A stretch of DNA of 64,000 nt from Octopus vulgaris (taxonomy: Eukaryota), in NCBI GenBank assembly GCA_951406725.2, contig OX597816.1, positions 124,000,001 to 124,064,000 of the forward strand, given 5' to 3'. How positions within the stretch are numbered: position 1 is the stretch's first letter; each line of letters starts with the position of its first letter. Under the pieces are notes generated by a model. It did no database searches and was not told where the DNA came from. It saw only the letters and a program-made list of their open reading frames with translations. Made by a program: the position numbers and the translations under genes. Below, piece by piece: positions 38,408-51,659 of this stretch.

Positions 38408-38862
38408 TATATATATACATACATATGTATATATATATGTATATTGTGTATGTATGTGTGTGCATATATATATATAAATATATATATATATAGTATGCAA
38501 ATGTATATTACATACATATGTATATACTGAACAATACTGCTTTCATCATTAATAAGGAAATTTTGTTCAGCCTACTAGCTAAATGCAACATGAATGACCT
38601 TTCAACCACTATTTAACTACATTAACTACCAGCCAATGTTTGTTTGACATGAGGTGATGGATATTTGTTGCTGACAAAGTTAATAAGCAGAAATCTAGAT
38701 TCAGCAATTTCAATGCAAATGCTGGGTGGTATTTGCCTGCTGCTGATATTTTAAAGTGTTTTTGGCACAGTACGTCTATAAGAGATACTTTCTCAAGATA
38801 AATACCACAGTTTAGAAGGCTTTGAATAGCATGCACATTCAAAGAATGTATATAGATCACTA

Positions 38863-38908
<46 letters not shown>

Positions 38909-39082
38909 TTATAGATTTTAATAATGCCTGGTATTTATATATTTCATATATTATATATGTAAAGCATAATATGTTATATATGTATGTATATTGTTATAAT
39001 TGTCTTTTTTGAAAATTAGACATAATATAATGTCTAAAAGTTGACCTCTTGATCCCCTCCATTTTCTTATTGGTGTATAAAG

Positions 39083-39113
<31 letters not shown>

Positions 39114-39204
39114 ATCCTCTTTGATAAGCAGCTTCAATTTTTACAATTCTGTAAATAATAATAATAAAAGAATTATTTTTTTATAAGCTTAAAGCTTTTA
39201 TTCC

Positions 39205-39430
39205 TTTTTCATTCTTTTACTTGTTTTGTTCATTTAACTGTGGCCATGCTGGAGCACCACCTCATTCAAACAAATCAACCCCAGGACTTATTCTTTGTAA
39301 GCCTAATACTTATTCGATTGGTCTCTTTTGCTGAACTGCTTAGTTGCAGGGACATAAACACACCAACATTGGTTGTCAAGTGATGGTGGGGGGACAAACA
39401 CAGACACACAAATACATACATACATATATA

Positions 39431-39462
<32 letters not shown>

Positions 39463-39628
39463 GTAAAACGGGCTTCTTTTAGTTTCCATTTACCAAATCC
39501 ACTCACAAAGCTTTGGTCAGCCCAAGTCTATAGGAGAAGGCACTTGCCCAAGGTGCCATGCAGTCAGACAGAACCCAGAACCATGAGGCTGTGAAGAAAG
39601 CTTCTTATCACACAGCCACTCCTGCGCT
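39205..39628 (-). mobile_element. Family A SINE, full length
   Basis: Reverse complement of family A, ending acacagccactcctgcgc. Confidence 0.9.
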
Positions 39629-39949
39629 TATAAGGGATCACCAATGACTAAAGAAAAAACCCCATTATTAGACTATTTTCTTTAGTCATTGCATGGTGAT
39701 TGCTAAAAAGTATAAACTTATAAAAAAAAATTATATTTATATATATAAATAATAATAGTAATTGTAAGCATAAAGCTCCTAAGTGATCAACTTGCATTGA
39801 TTAGAGAAAGTAGTCTATTAGGGCATATAAGCCCTTGATGATATAATGTAGGTGTTTTTATGCTTATAATTATTATTATTTAGAGAATATATATCTATTT
39901 CTGTCTATCTATGTATCTAACTGTCTATCTATCTGTTTATCTATCTATA

Positions 39950-41178
39950 TATTGGATCATCCAGTAAATAATGTGTTTTTTCAATTACATTAACTAATAG
40001 TCAGAGGGGTATGAGATAAACTATCTGCATCAACTTTCTATAAAAGCAGGTAGTAATTTTACCTTGTCCTTATTCTTAGGGAAAGTTTTGAAGAGTGCCG
40101 TTCGATTTTAACAGTTATTTTTCAAAGCTATAATGGAAGTGATGAAGGATCATATTTGGCATATTTTGCTTTATGAGTTCAATAAAGACAATAATACAAT
40201 GAAAACTGTGAGGAATATTAATGCAGTATATGGGGATCAAACAATAAACATAAGTCAGTGTCAATGGGAGTTCCAGAAATTCAGAGCTAGAAACTACAGC
40301 CTAGAAGTCGAGTCTCGTCCTGGAAGATCTATAGAGCTGGACAAGGACATCTTACAAACTCTGGTAGAAGAAAATCCAATCATAACTGTTGAGGAACTAG
40401 CAAAGATGCTACGATTTGGTCATTCAACCATTTATCGATACCTGCGTGCCATTGGAAATGTCAGCAAATTGAGTCAATGTGTTCCTCACAAACTTTCCAA
40501 GCCTAATCTCACACAGAGAGTGAATGTGTGCTCTTCTTTGCTGTCACATTTCATGAATGAACCTTTTTTGGACTGAACAGTGAGTGATGATCAGAAATAG
40601 GTTTCCTATATAAATGTCAAGTGCCGAAGACAGTGGGTAGGGAAAGGTGAAACACTGGCATCCCAGGCTAAAGAAGGTCTTCACTCACGTAAGTGCTGTT
40701 GTCTGTTTGGTAAGAAATGAAAGGTTTAGTGCACTTTGAACTTTTAAACCCAAACCAAATGATAACAAAGGAGATCTACTGCAAGCAATTTGAATGGCTT
40801 AAGTCAACACTAGAAGAAAAACGACCATCTTTGGTTTCAAGACAAAAGGTGTTCTTCCATCAGGATAATGCTTGGCCGCATACTGCAAGGATGACATTCC
40901 AAAGACTGGAGTAGCTGGAATTGGAAATGATGCCCCAACTCCTATATTCACTGGACATTGCCCCATCTGATTACTATTTATTCCACAGTCTTCAAAATCA
41001 TTTAGATGGGAAAAATATAAATTCTATAGACAAGGTCAGAAGAGTACTGGAGTATTTTGCATCACAGTCAAGTGAAGTTTAGAAGAGGGGCCTTGCAAGT
41101 CTACCAGATAGATGGAAGAGCATTACTGAAAATGAAAGAGAGTATATTTTTGACTAAAAATGCACTTTATTTATGGGA
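39950..41178 (+). mobile_element. Mariner transposon relic, right TIR truncated
   Basis: Left end tattggatcatccagtaaataatg; ORF from 40133 MEVMKDHIWHILLYEF..SRPGRS..CVPHKLS..HQDNAWPH..YSLDIAPSDYYLF; right end stops at ttatttatggg. Confidence 0.92.
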
Positions 41179-41708
41179 AATTACTCTGAAAGTAAGTTAC
41201 CCCTGAAATATGAATACAAACAGAATAAAACAAACTTCGCGTAAAGTTGACCATAGATTCCTGAGATACACGTTTTTTGGATTTGTTTCCACAAATTTAA
41301 GCAGTGAAACCTGGAGTTATTGTCCCTTACTATGAACACCTGGACAGTTTTGCTTGCTTGTGTGTGTACTTGTCTGTAATTCAATACAGCCACACCAGTG
41401 CATAATGGGAAAATATTCTGAAAGTAAGGTGACCCTGAAATGGGAATATAAATAGGATAAGACAAGTTTCATGTAAATCAGATCATGGGTTCCCAAGATA
41501 CACGTTTTTTTCGGGTACCTTTATAAATAGCCAAACTGGCACATAATGGGAAAATGCTTTGATAGCAAGGTACCATAGAAATGTGAATACAAATGAAATA
41601 AAACAAGTTCCGAAGGCATTGGAACACAGGTTCCTCAGACACCTTCAACTATTGGTTTTTTAGGATACTTTGAACTATTGGTGACCCAATGGGTCATGGG
41701 TGGTCTAG
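41179..41708 (+). mobile_element. Non-autonomous Helitron 3' portion with three internal sub-repeats
   Basis: Hairpin tgaccc-aat-gggtca (41682-41696), then CTAG (41705-41708) followed by T; sub-repeats start at ~41175, 41401 and 41542. Confidence 0.7.
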
Positions 41709-42064
41709 TATATATTTAAAAAATGGACAATTATATAAGCTTTAATAAGCTTGCATATGTTTTGGATACCCTTGTATTATATAATTCTCTGATGTAATAA
41801 TTATGTGTATTAATCAATCAACACTTGATTGGCTAAGATTCTATATTGTGTGTGCATGTGCGCGTGTGTTTGTGTGTGTGTGTGTGTGTGTGCATCTGTG
41901 TAGGTTGAGATATTTGTGTGTCTTTGTTTTGACACTTAGTTGTTAGCTACTGCCACAGCCATGCAAAAAGTCCTCCATTACTAATCTTCATTACTAATAT
42001 CTGACCATGAGGAGTGCTACCTTCCTTATGAAACAAGTGAGAGTTGATATCAGGAAGGGTGTCT

Positions 42065-42183
42065 CAGTTCTATATTTAAGAGATGAGGAATTGTGTACAT
42101 TATTTACATTCGGCGGATATTTGTCTTCAAACAAGATGAGGACAAATATCCGTCGAATGTAAATAATATAAACAATATAAATA
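42065..42183. mobile_element. 119-bp hairpin insertion with 13-bp TSD inside an old SINE
   Basis: TSD aggaagggtgtct at 42052-42064 and 42184-42196; stem 42099-42129/42137-42167. Confidence 0.8.
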
Positions 42184-42393
42184 AGGAAGGGTGTCTGTTG
42201 GTAGGAAATCTGTCTCAATGAATTCATGTCTTGCTATAAAGGAGGTACATGGTTACCTGACAGAGAGAGAGAGAGGGAGAGAGAGAGAAAGGAGGGGGGA
42301 TACTGGTAACAAGAAAAAGAGACAGAAACAGGTGTGCTGCTATAGAGGAGATAAATTGTTACCCAGATAGAGGGAACAGCAAAGAAACAAGAG

Positions 42394-42426
<33 letters not shown>

Positions 42427-42842
42427 GTGGGAGACAGAAAGAGTGCAAGAGAGAGAAGGGGAGAGATGATGGTGAAGTGCCAGGGTATACTCATAAGGAA
42501 TAAGGATCAGAGAATAGATGGGATGGTAGAGTAAGGAAGAGAGAGATAAATGGTGGAAATTGCCAGGGCATGCTCTCAAGGTTCGGGGACATAATATACA
42601 TGTATAACTTGGTAATATGTACCATGCTTTCAGTAATTATTTGAGATACCCACGTAATTGCAAACAGATATAGGCATGATCATGGCTCTCTCACCCAGTT
42701 GGCTGTCCATGACGTGACTGTTGGAAGGAAGAGATGGATGCACCAGCACTTGGCTGGCAGTCATTTTCTACCTGAGTGGACTTAAGTATTATGCAATGAA
42801 GTGCTTTGTTTAAGGACAAGATGCTCAAGGAATTGAACACTT

Positions 42843-43058
42843 AAGGTGGCGAGCTGGCAGAATTGTTAGCATGCTGGGTGAAATGCTTAGCTGTATTTCG
42901 TCTGATGCTACGTTCAGAGTTCAAATTCCGCCAAGGTTGACTTTGCCTTTCATCCTTTCAGGGTCGATTAAATAAGTACCAGTTACGCACTGGGGTCGAT
43001 ATAATCGACTTAACCCGTTTGTCTGTCCTTGTTTGTCCTCTCTGTGTTTAGCCTCTAT
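42843..43058 (+). mobile_element. Meta-domain-like tRNA-derived SINE
   Basis: ggtggcgagctggcagaattgttagc..gagttcaaattcc..gactttgcctttcatcctttcagggtcgattaaataagtaccag. Confidence 0.9.
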
Positions 43059-43377
43059 GTACCTTTACTGGTTATAATATAAAAGTTACACAAGTACAGA
43101 ACAAATCTTTGAATGATTCGAACTCAGTTTTATAAGCAACATACAAGAGAGTCAGGTTAAATCATCATTACATAACTTTCGACATCATTATAAGGTGAAT
43201 CTAGTATTGTTCAATACGTAGTTCAATGAAAACAGACATAATATACTCTTAAGATTTCGTGTGGTTGTACAGAGCTTTGATCAACACACTTAAATAGAGT
43301 GTTTGGAACAGTAGCTGTGAAATATTACGTTTCATCCTTGTCATCGAAGTCATCATCACCATCATCATCACTGTCAC

Positions 43378-43415
<38 letters not shown>

Positions 43416-43949
43416 CCACCTGCACCACCACCACTGCTGCCACTGCCACCACCACCACCACCACTGCCGCCATTATTCTTTGCTTTTGTTGTTATCTGTT
43501 TAAATATTTGCCTGCAATCATCTATGTTCCATCATCGTCATTCTCCTCCTCCTCTCTCTCCCCATCCTCATCATCACTAATATCATCATGATAATCTCGA
43601 ATGTCATTGTCATCAGTCTTTCTGCTGTCGTTATCATCGTCATTATCGTTGTCATTATCAGTATGATAGCATGGTCGCATTATTAGTTAGTAATAATGAG
43701 AACAGAGAGGAAAATAAAAGGAATGGGGAAACAAGGGTAGAAGGAACAGGAACAAGTAAAGTAAAGTAAGAGTAAAGCTTTTCATGGGCAAGATATTAAA
43801 CTGCACCCAGGGGTGAAGTTCCTGTTCAGGCGTTCAAGAGTTAGGGGAGATGGAGTTAGCCTTTAATCCTTACTACTCCTAAATTTGCCTTCACCTAGGG
43901 TAGTAGCATCTTTCAGGGACCCCAATTATGGATTAAATAATCCTTTCTG

Positions 43950-44177
43950 AACCAGGGTGCACATGACCGTTGGGGTTCATATAAGATTTTGTTGTTAAAC
44001 TTTATGTGCCATAAACTGGTTATACTTCTAATATTTTAACAATTTTTTATACATTTCTTAAAATGATATTATAGTTCTATAATAGAATATTTTAAAATAC
44101 TGATTGAATATGAGGGTCCAGTAGAGTAAAATAGAATCGAAAGGGTCCAGAGGCAAAAATTGGTTAAAAACCACTTG
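43950..44177. mobile_element. Second copy of the hAT-like MITE (inverted relative to 33668, no minisatellite)
   Basis: gggtccagtagagtaaaatagaatcgaaagggtccagaggcaaaaa is the reverse complement of tttttgcctatggacccctttgattcctgttttactctactgga. Confidence 0.75.
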
Positions 44178-44744
44178 AAGGAGGGCTGGTCCTAGATACT
44201 CAAACCAGTCCACCAATGTGTAGACTTGTTCTGATGTCACATGAACCTGTGACTGTCCTTAAAAGTTTAATGGTTTTTGTCTCAAGGGTAAGTCCAGGAA
44301 AGTAAGTGACTAGCAGAGTAAACTGCAAATGAACTGGGAAAACTACAGCTGTATCCTTCTTAAGAAAAATCAAGTATCTTTCAACTTAAGCATGGTGGTA
44401 TAAGATTGCCAAGGACTGTAGGCATAGCATATGAAGAGAGAAAAGATTTATATTGTTTGTGTTCAGTTGTGTACACATGCATGTTAGTAAATATCTATTG
44501 TTGAAGAAAATAAATGATTAGTGGCCTTGAAGCATAACAGATGATTTAATATCACAAGAGTATAAATTTCCATTTTTACTGCAGTACAGAAAATAAATAT
44601 TAATCTGACCACCTATAACCAGGAACTCACTTATTCTTGTTGTAAGAAATAATATCAAGCTTCCCACATACAACTAGAAGCACTTTTTGTCAAGATCAAA
44701 ATTTTTTGGTTACTACCATCAAAGGTGGTATGATGAAAAGTAGT

Positions 44745-45130
44745 CTGTAGTTGTGTGGTAAGAAGTTTGCTTCCCAATCAAAGGTTTTTGTGTTCAGTCC
44801 TACTGTGTGGCACTTTGGGCAAGTGTCTCTTTTCAAAGCCTTGTGGGTGGATTATTGAATGGAAATGGAAAGAAACCTGTCGTATATGTGCATGTGTGCA
44901 TGTGTGAGTGTGTGTTGGTGTCTTTGTGTCTGTGAGCCCACCACTGCTTGACAAATGGTGCTGGTGTGTTTACATCCCAGTAACATAACAATTTGGCAAA
45001 AGAAACTGATAGAATAAGTACTGGGGCTCAAAAACTAAGTACTGGAGTCAATTCATCTGACTAAAAATTCTTTAAGGTGGTGCCCCAGCATGGCCACAGT
45101 CTAATGGCTGGAACAATTAAAAGATAAAAG
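44745..45130 (+). mobile_element. Family A SINE
   Basis: Colinear with family A. Confidence 0.85.
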
Positions 45131-46345
45131 TCCCCTGCTATTTATCATTCTGGCCATAAAAGATGACTTTAAAACTGGCTACTCTTGGGAATTACATGCT
45201 GATGAATTCGCTCTTATTGTATAATCTGTTGTAAAATTAGTAGGGAAATAAAATCTGAACTGAAAGGCCCTTAAATGTAATGTAGCAAACATCAAATTTC
45301 TAGTAAGCAGAAAATTCACAGGAGTCTATTCCTATCAGGTAAATGACCCTGCTCGATATGTTGGAAAGGTGTAGGCAGGAATTCCATATGGTGTAGCCAA
45401 TGCAAGAAGTGAATGCTCAAGAGATGCAGTATTTCACTAGAAGGTTCACAAAAAAAGTAGTGTTTGTATGTCAATGTGCAGGAATAATAAACACTAAAAA
45501 CACACAGGGAACTGATTTTCACAAATGCCCAGGAGGCTCTTTAGAGACAGTTGATAGTTTCTGTTACCTAGTTGATCTAATTTTCTGTGTAGGAGGCTGT
45601 TCTGAAACTATAGTTACCTGAAAAAGAATAGAACAGAGAAAATTCAAATAACTAATATTTCTGTTGGTAATAGAAAGTCTCTGTCTCCCTCAGAGTTAAG
45701 GGCAGATTGTATGATGCTTGTGCAATGCCACACATCAGTGAGATGAGAGCCCAAAGCTAATATGCTCCATTGGATGTACAACAAAGAACTATCTTCTGTT
45801 GTGTCTGGGGAGAGTAAAATTTCCACTTATTTCTTATTTTTCTTTTCATAAAATTTTCATTGCGTCTTGCAACCTTAAGACACAATGAAAATTTTATGGA
45901 AAATAAAAATAAGAAATAAATGGAAATTTTACCTGTGAGTGTGTTACGTTATAAGGCACAAAAAGAAAATAACTCCCCCAGACACAACAAAATATGCTTC
46001 AACACACGAACTCATATAAAGAATCTTGCAAACCAAATCCAAAAATCCAAAAACGAAAAAGAACTATCTGTTGAGAGAAAAATTAGGGATAAGAGGGATC
46101 AAATGTAACATGTAAGAGAGGGTACTGTGCTGGTTTAATCATATGATGCATATAGGTGAGGACAAGTGTGTAAAGATGTGCCAAAGGCTTAAAGTGCATG
46201 GAAGTTGTGGAAGAGAGAAGGAGCAGGTGTGGGCGACCCAGGACATGGGATGAAGTAGCTGGGGCTGATTTCAAGATGTTGAACCTCATGTGGAAGACGA
46301 CAAAGGTTTGAGGTGATTGCTTATTAGTAGTGCTTGAAAAGACCC
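45131..46345 (+). mobile_element. RTE-clade LINE relic (RT core to 3' end)
   Basis: GYSWELHADE (YADD region), KCPGGSLETVDSFCYLVDLIFCVGGCSETI, GRPRTWDEV; interrupted at 45795-46057. Confidence 0.85.
45795..46057. mobile_element. Nested-hairpin insertion with 12-bp TSD
   Basis: TSD aaagaactatct at 45783-45794 and 46058-46069; inner arms 45816-45868/45877-45930; outer arms 45797-45815/45972-45989. Confidence 0.75.
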
Positions 46346-46804
46346 ATTTGTCATGGCGAATGAGAGGTCCTAAAAGCATTATGTGTATGCCTGTACATGC
46401 TGGGTCTTATGCCTTCACTCAGTCTGCTTTCTTAAAGCATTCATCACAACTTATCTTTCTTATACTCATCCCTCATCACTCTTCTAATTATGACATTACT
46501 CAGCTGCTGTAATCACTTGACAACTGAACTGGCACACATTACACTACTTTCACAACTTTCTGAACTATCTGCAGGTTTATGATACTGCTGACCCCACCAT
46601 TTCTATGTTACTATTTGTCACCTCCCACTTCCTGAGCCATTTTTCTCTCACATCCCCCATCCCCCCACAGAACTGATATTTACCCTCAAGCATACCTCCG
46701 TCCTCGTATATTCATCTCTTCTCCCATCCCTAACCATCTGTTACTCTCCTTTCACACTGCTATGAAATTACCCCTTCTCTCTTTCCCCTTTGATCCACAG
46801 TCTA

Positions 46805-46841
<37 letters not shown>

Positions 46842-47227
46842 ACTCTCAGGTACAAGAGGAAGAATACAGATCATGGATCTGGGGATGGAGTGGATAGGAT
46901 GGGTAATCTAATAAGAGAGTGACAGATGGTTAGAGATGGGAGAAGAGATGAATATACTGAGTGATGAATAAGGGCAGAGGTATGCTTGATGGTAAATATC
47001 AGTATGGGGGGGGGTTGAAGGAGGTGGTTTGCTATAGTGAATAAAATAGGAGGACCTCTCCCCAGTTGACATCTTAGATAAAAGAACATTTCATGATATA
47101 TTTGATGCTGCTGTCTGAAAGGGCTTGCAAACAAAAGCTAAGTAACAGTGAAGGACTCCAGCCATATAAATATAATTAATCTCCATACTATGGATTGGGG
47201 TCTTTTTTCTCTTGCCTACTGCAAACA

Positions 47228-47268
<41 letters not shown>

Positions 47269-47988
47269 TAAATAAATATACATATGTGTGTGTGTGTATG
47301 TCCATGCCTTTGCATATATATACATATGTAAATGCAATATATATATTGCATATACATATCTATGTGTGTATATATATATATATTGCATATATATGTATAT
47401 TCTTTTATATGTTTCAGCCCTAAGGTTGTGGCCATATATATATATATAAAAGCACTCATATTCTATAAAAGAATGTGACTTGGAATTTTTTTAGTGTATA
47501 AGTAAATTACCATTTTTATTCCCAAATTTTTTCCCTCTTTCCTCTATCCCCCACCACATACCAATCTGTTTCAGATGTTACAAGGAAGATTCAGCAATGA
47601 TATTCTAATCTCCCTCCTATTGTCCCCCCCTCTCTCTCCCGCCTTTTCTGTCTTACTTTCTCTCTTTCTTTCATTCTTTCTTTCTTTCCAACCCTTCTCT
47701 TTCATACTTGTCATGAACATTTTCCTTTTTCTTTTTATCTGGAAATCCATCAACTCTACAATGTCATGCTGTCCCTGGGTGTTTGAACTGATCGGAATAT
47801 TAGCTGTCAGAGAAATAGCCAATCAGAGCTTGAATGAACCTACTTCCTTTCTGATTATTAGTGTTGTTGTTGTTGTTGTTATTTATTTCTGAAATTTTTA
47901 GCTGTTTAAAGAAATATAAGGTATAAAAGTATGCTTATATGCACAGGCATGCATGTATTAATATGCACATACATGCATGCATGTTTAT

Positions 47989-48035
<47 letters not shown>

Positions 48036-48887
48036 CATATATATATATATACACACCATACATATATAATATATGTATGTCTATACCTATCTATCTCTCT
48101 ATCTATAAGCATACATATTTTGGAACAAACACACATACACACATATATGCATGTATGTATAATAAATACATGCATACATATATATCCATGAATGCTTGCA
48201 TACCTAGTATTTTTCCAACAGCCAAAGAATATACATATTTATTAATATATATATATATGTCTATATATGTGTGTGTGAACATATATGTGTTTGTGTTTTT
48301 TTTTCCATCTATATATTAATGTAATATGTACATGCTTCTTATGCATTTACTTTGCAAGATTCTCAATGGGAAATCGTGTCTTGAATCTCATGTATCAAAG
48401 GAGAAAATTTATCAGTAAAAACACAAGCACCGTTTCTAATGCGCTCCTCTGTATCACTATTAGTCACTAGTTAATAGATTAACTAATTAAGCAATTAACA
48501 AATCAATTGCTTCATTAATTATTGAATCAATCAATCAGTTACTTTGTCAAAGTTTTCCCAGTTCCATTTGGAACCTTATCAATGAGGTGCCCTCATTACT
48601 CCACATCTGTCAGACTGGGTCCAAATTGACTTCTTCAGTTTTTTACACAGTTCTATGGTTTTTGCGACGTGCACAAGTGAGTGTGGGAAGCTGGGTGTAT
48701 GAGGGTATGTGTGTGTGGGTTTGTAGGAGGCTTTATTTCTATTTTGGTCAGTGTGTATGTGAGAAGATTGTGAACATGTGCCTAGGTGCATCTGCACGTT
48801 TGTAGTGCATACTCATCATATTTTTTTCTGCTGAATGCACCAGATAGTGATATTGCATCGAGTTTTGTGATACTCAAGGATGGTGAT

Positions 48888-49340
48888 GTCATCATCAACA
48901 TCATTTAATGTCCATTTTCCATGCTGGCATGAGTTGGATGGCTTGACAGAAGCTGGCCAGCCTAAGAGCTGTTTGAGCTCCATGTCTGCTTTGGTATGGT
49001 TTCTACAGCTAGATGTCCTTTCTGATACCGACCACTTTACAGAGTTGTACTGAGTACTTTTACACAGCATCAGCATGGGTGCATTTACGTGGCACCAGTA
49101 CGGGTGCTTTTTATATGGCACTGGCACCCATGAGCCTGCAAGGTAGAAATACTCAGCTAGAGACGGATGCAGGGAACAGCCTGTATGCAAGGTCAACCAT
49201 GCTTTTACTTAGCTTGATGTCTTTTCAAGCTCAGCAAACTGCCAGGAGCCTTGATCCCTATGATCTCGTCTGTGATTTCCAATGTCTGTAGATCCTTTCT
49301 CCCTGCTTCATCTCACATCTTTCTGGGTCTACCCTTTTCA
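48888..49340 (-). mobile_element. SINE with RTE-type 3' end, diverged
   Basis: catcatttaatgtccattttccatgctggcatgagttggatgg..ttctacagctagatgtcctttctgataccgacc. Confidence 0.8.
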
Positions 49341-49399
49341 AATGTTCCCTTTACAATACACTCAAGCTAAAACCATCCAAAAGATTCAGCAGGCCTTTG

Positions 49400-50384
49400 G
49401 CAATGGTGTCATGGGCAAAACTCAGATCAAGGAATGATGCAACCACTTCAAACATGGCTGCCCCTCAGTGGAGAGTGAAACACTCCCAGGCAAGTCATCC
49501 ATGTGCTGAAACAAGGAACCAATTGAAGAAGTTTGGTGAATAGTCATGGAAGACCACCATATAACAACCCAGGTAATTGCTCAAAAAATGAGAATAAGCA
49601 CAGAATCATTGCATTCCATTTTAATGGAGAATTTGTGCATGTGGAGAGTGTCAGCAAAATTCTTGCCCAAGGCGTTGGTTGAGCAGTAGAAGTAACTCCA
49701 TATGGAAATCGCTCAGGACAAGCTGGACTGTGCAAACAATGATCTAGACTTCATGAAGAATGCCATCAATAGTAATGAGACATGGGTTTATGATCTCTGC
49801 TCAATGCCTCTGCTCATCTTGTGTGAAAACAGAAGTCCTATGAATGTGCACTACACATCTGTACTGTGGAGGCACATGGCCTAGGGGTTAGAGCAGCGGA
49901 CTCGCGGTCGATGAATTGCGGGTTCGAATCTCAGACCGGGAGATGTGTGTGTTTATGAGCGAAACACCTAAGCTCCATGCGGCTCCAGCAGAAGGTAATG
50001 GCAAACTTCTGCTGACTCTTTCTCTCACTCTCTCTTCCTGCATCTTGCAGCTCACCTGCGATGGACCGGTATCCTGTCCAGGTGAGGAACCTATATGCCA
50101 AGGAAACCGGGAAACCAGTCCTTATGAGCCAGGCATGGCTCAAGAAGGAACAAAAACACATCTGTACTCTAGGAATAACAGCTGAGAAATGATGCAGCTT
50201 ACATCATCATCATCATTATCATCATTTAACGTTTGACTTCCATGCTGGCATGGGTGGAAAGTATGTAAATTTTCACACATGTGCAGAAAGGGTGGCGTCA
50301 CGTCCTTCCAAAGGATTTTGCCCATGCAGCTTTAGTTTTGATGGAAGAAAAAAAAGTCGGATACTTTTTGAACACACCTTGTAT
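49400..50384 (+). mobile_element. Third mariner relic (internally deleted), interrupted by SINEs
   Basis: ILMENLCMWRVSAKF..MEIAQDKLDCANNDLDFMKNAINSNETWVY (cf. ITGDETWVY); TIR-like gtcggatactttttgaacacaccttgta at 50357-50384. Confidence 0.8.
49868..50155 (+). mobile_element. tRNA-derived SINE (distinct family) with well-preserved pol III boxes
   Basis: A box tggcctaggggttagagc and B box gggttcgaatc; continues into a non-tRNA body and aacaaaaaca tail. Confidence 0.85.
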
Positions 50385-51659
50385 ATATGTGTGTATATAT
50401 TCACACACACATATATATGTATATACGTGGATATGTGTGCATGTATTTCTGTATGTGTTTGTGTCCCCTTGTATTGAGATGGCATGATAACCGTGAATGA
50501 ATGTCATCAACATACAAGCAGTGTCATTTGTTTCCAATCTTCTATGAAAAACATGTCTGGTAACAGGGAGACATCTTCTTTCTTGGAATCAGGTGAAAAT
50601 GGTAAACAGGAAGGGTTTCTAGCCATAGAAAAATCTGCCTCAATGAATTTCGTTTGATCTATACATGCAAGGGGAAAATTAGTTTTAAAACAATGACGAT
50701 TATGATGGTGCATCCATTAATACTGTTTTCTCCAGCTACACTTTATATTAGTCATACACACATCAACTGAGTCATCAAATTATCTCTTTACTTTCACTAT
50801 CACTTGTCAATCGCTCTTCTGATGCACTCTGCTTGATTGTCCACTCCTCACTTGCACATTCCTGCAACTAACCCTACCATATCTCTCTCCCTCACCTTCT
50901 CCTTCAACCTCCTTCTCTTTCGCTTTCTGATTGTTCCCCAGTTTGCTGTTCAACATTACCAATCTGCTGCTCCTCCTCCACCTTTTATTTCTGCACTGTC
51001 AATCATCTCCTACTCTCCCACCTCTCACAGCTCAAACATCATTGGTCATCTTCCATCTCTCATCCACCATTCACCTCACCCATCCTTCAGCCTCACCTCC
51101 ACAGCTTTTGCTGTCATCCCTTCACCCATTCTCCATCTCTCTTTCTCCCATAAACACCAGCAGCCTCCACCCTCACTCACACATCCTTAGTTTTCTCACT
51201 CACTTCTACTCCTGTTGTACCTTAAGGGTCCATCCAGATTATGCATCACCAATATATTTTTTTTTCTAGCTCTACCTGATTACCCTGTCTCTTCTAAAAT
51301 ATGATTAGTCATGTAGTTCCTCTCCCTTTTCTGGCCCCTTTTTCGCATGCTTTAACCCCTCATCGCCTAATGTAAAACTGACCCCTCAGAGTTCCATACT
51401 GCAAGCGTCATGTCAACTTCACCAGTTGTGGTGGATAGCAGAAGAAAAAGCGGGTAAAAAAAGGCAACAGATACATGCTGTAAAGTGCTTGGCTTCATGA
51501 AGGGTATCTAATGGTGGAGACTATAGCAAACCATATACTTAAGCATGGTGCAGTCCTTAAACCTATCAGATTCTGTCAAACCATTCAACTCTTGCCAGCA
51601 TGGCACATGGACATTAAATGTTGAAAATGATGAAGATGATGACAATGGGGATAATATAT

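Noticed and set aside
40133-40576. Functional transposase or SETMAR-like gene
   Set aside because: Premature stops and frameshifts, a degraded first catalytic motif and no SET domain
43299-43580. Ser/Pro-rich ORF
   Set aside because: Derived from (CAT)n and (CCA)n microsatellites
49868-49940. tRNA gene
   Set aside because: A and B boxes are present, but no proper acceptor stem is evident and it runs into a SINE body and tail
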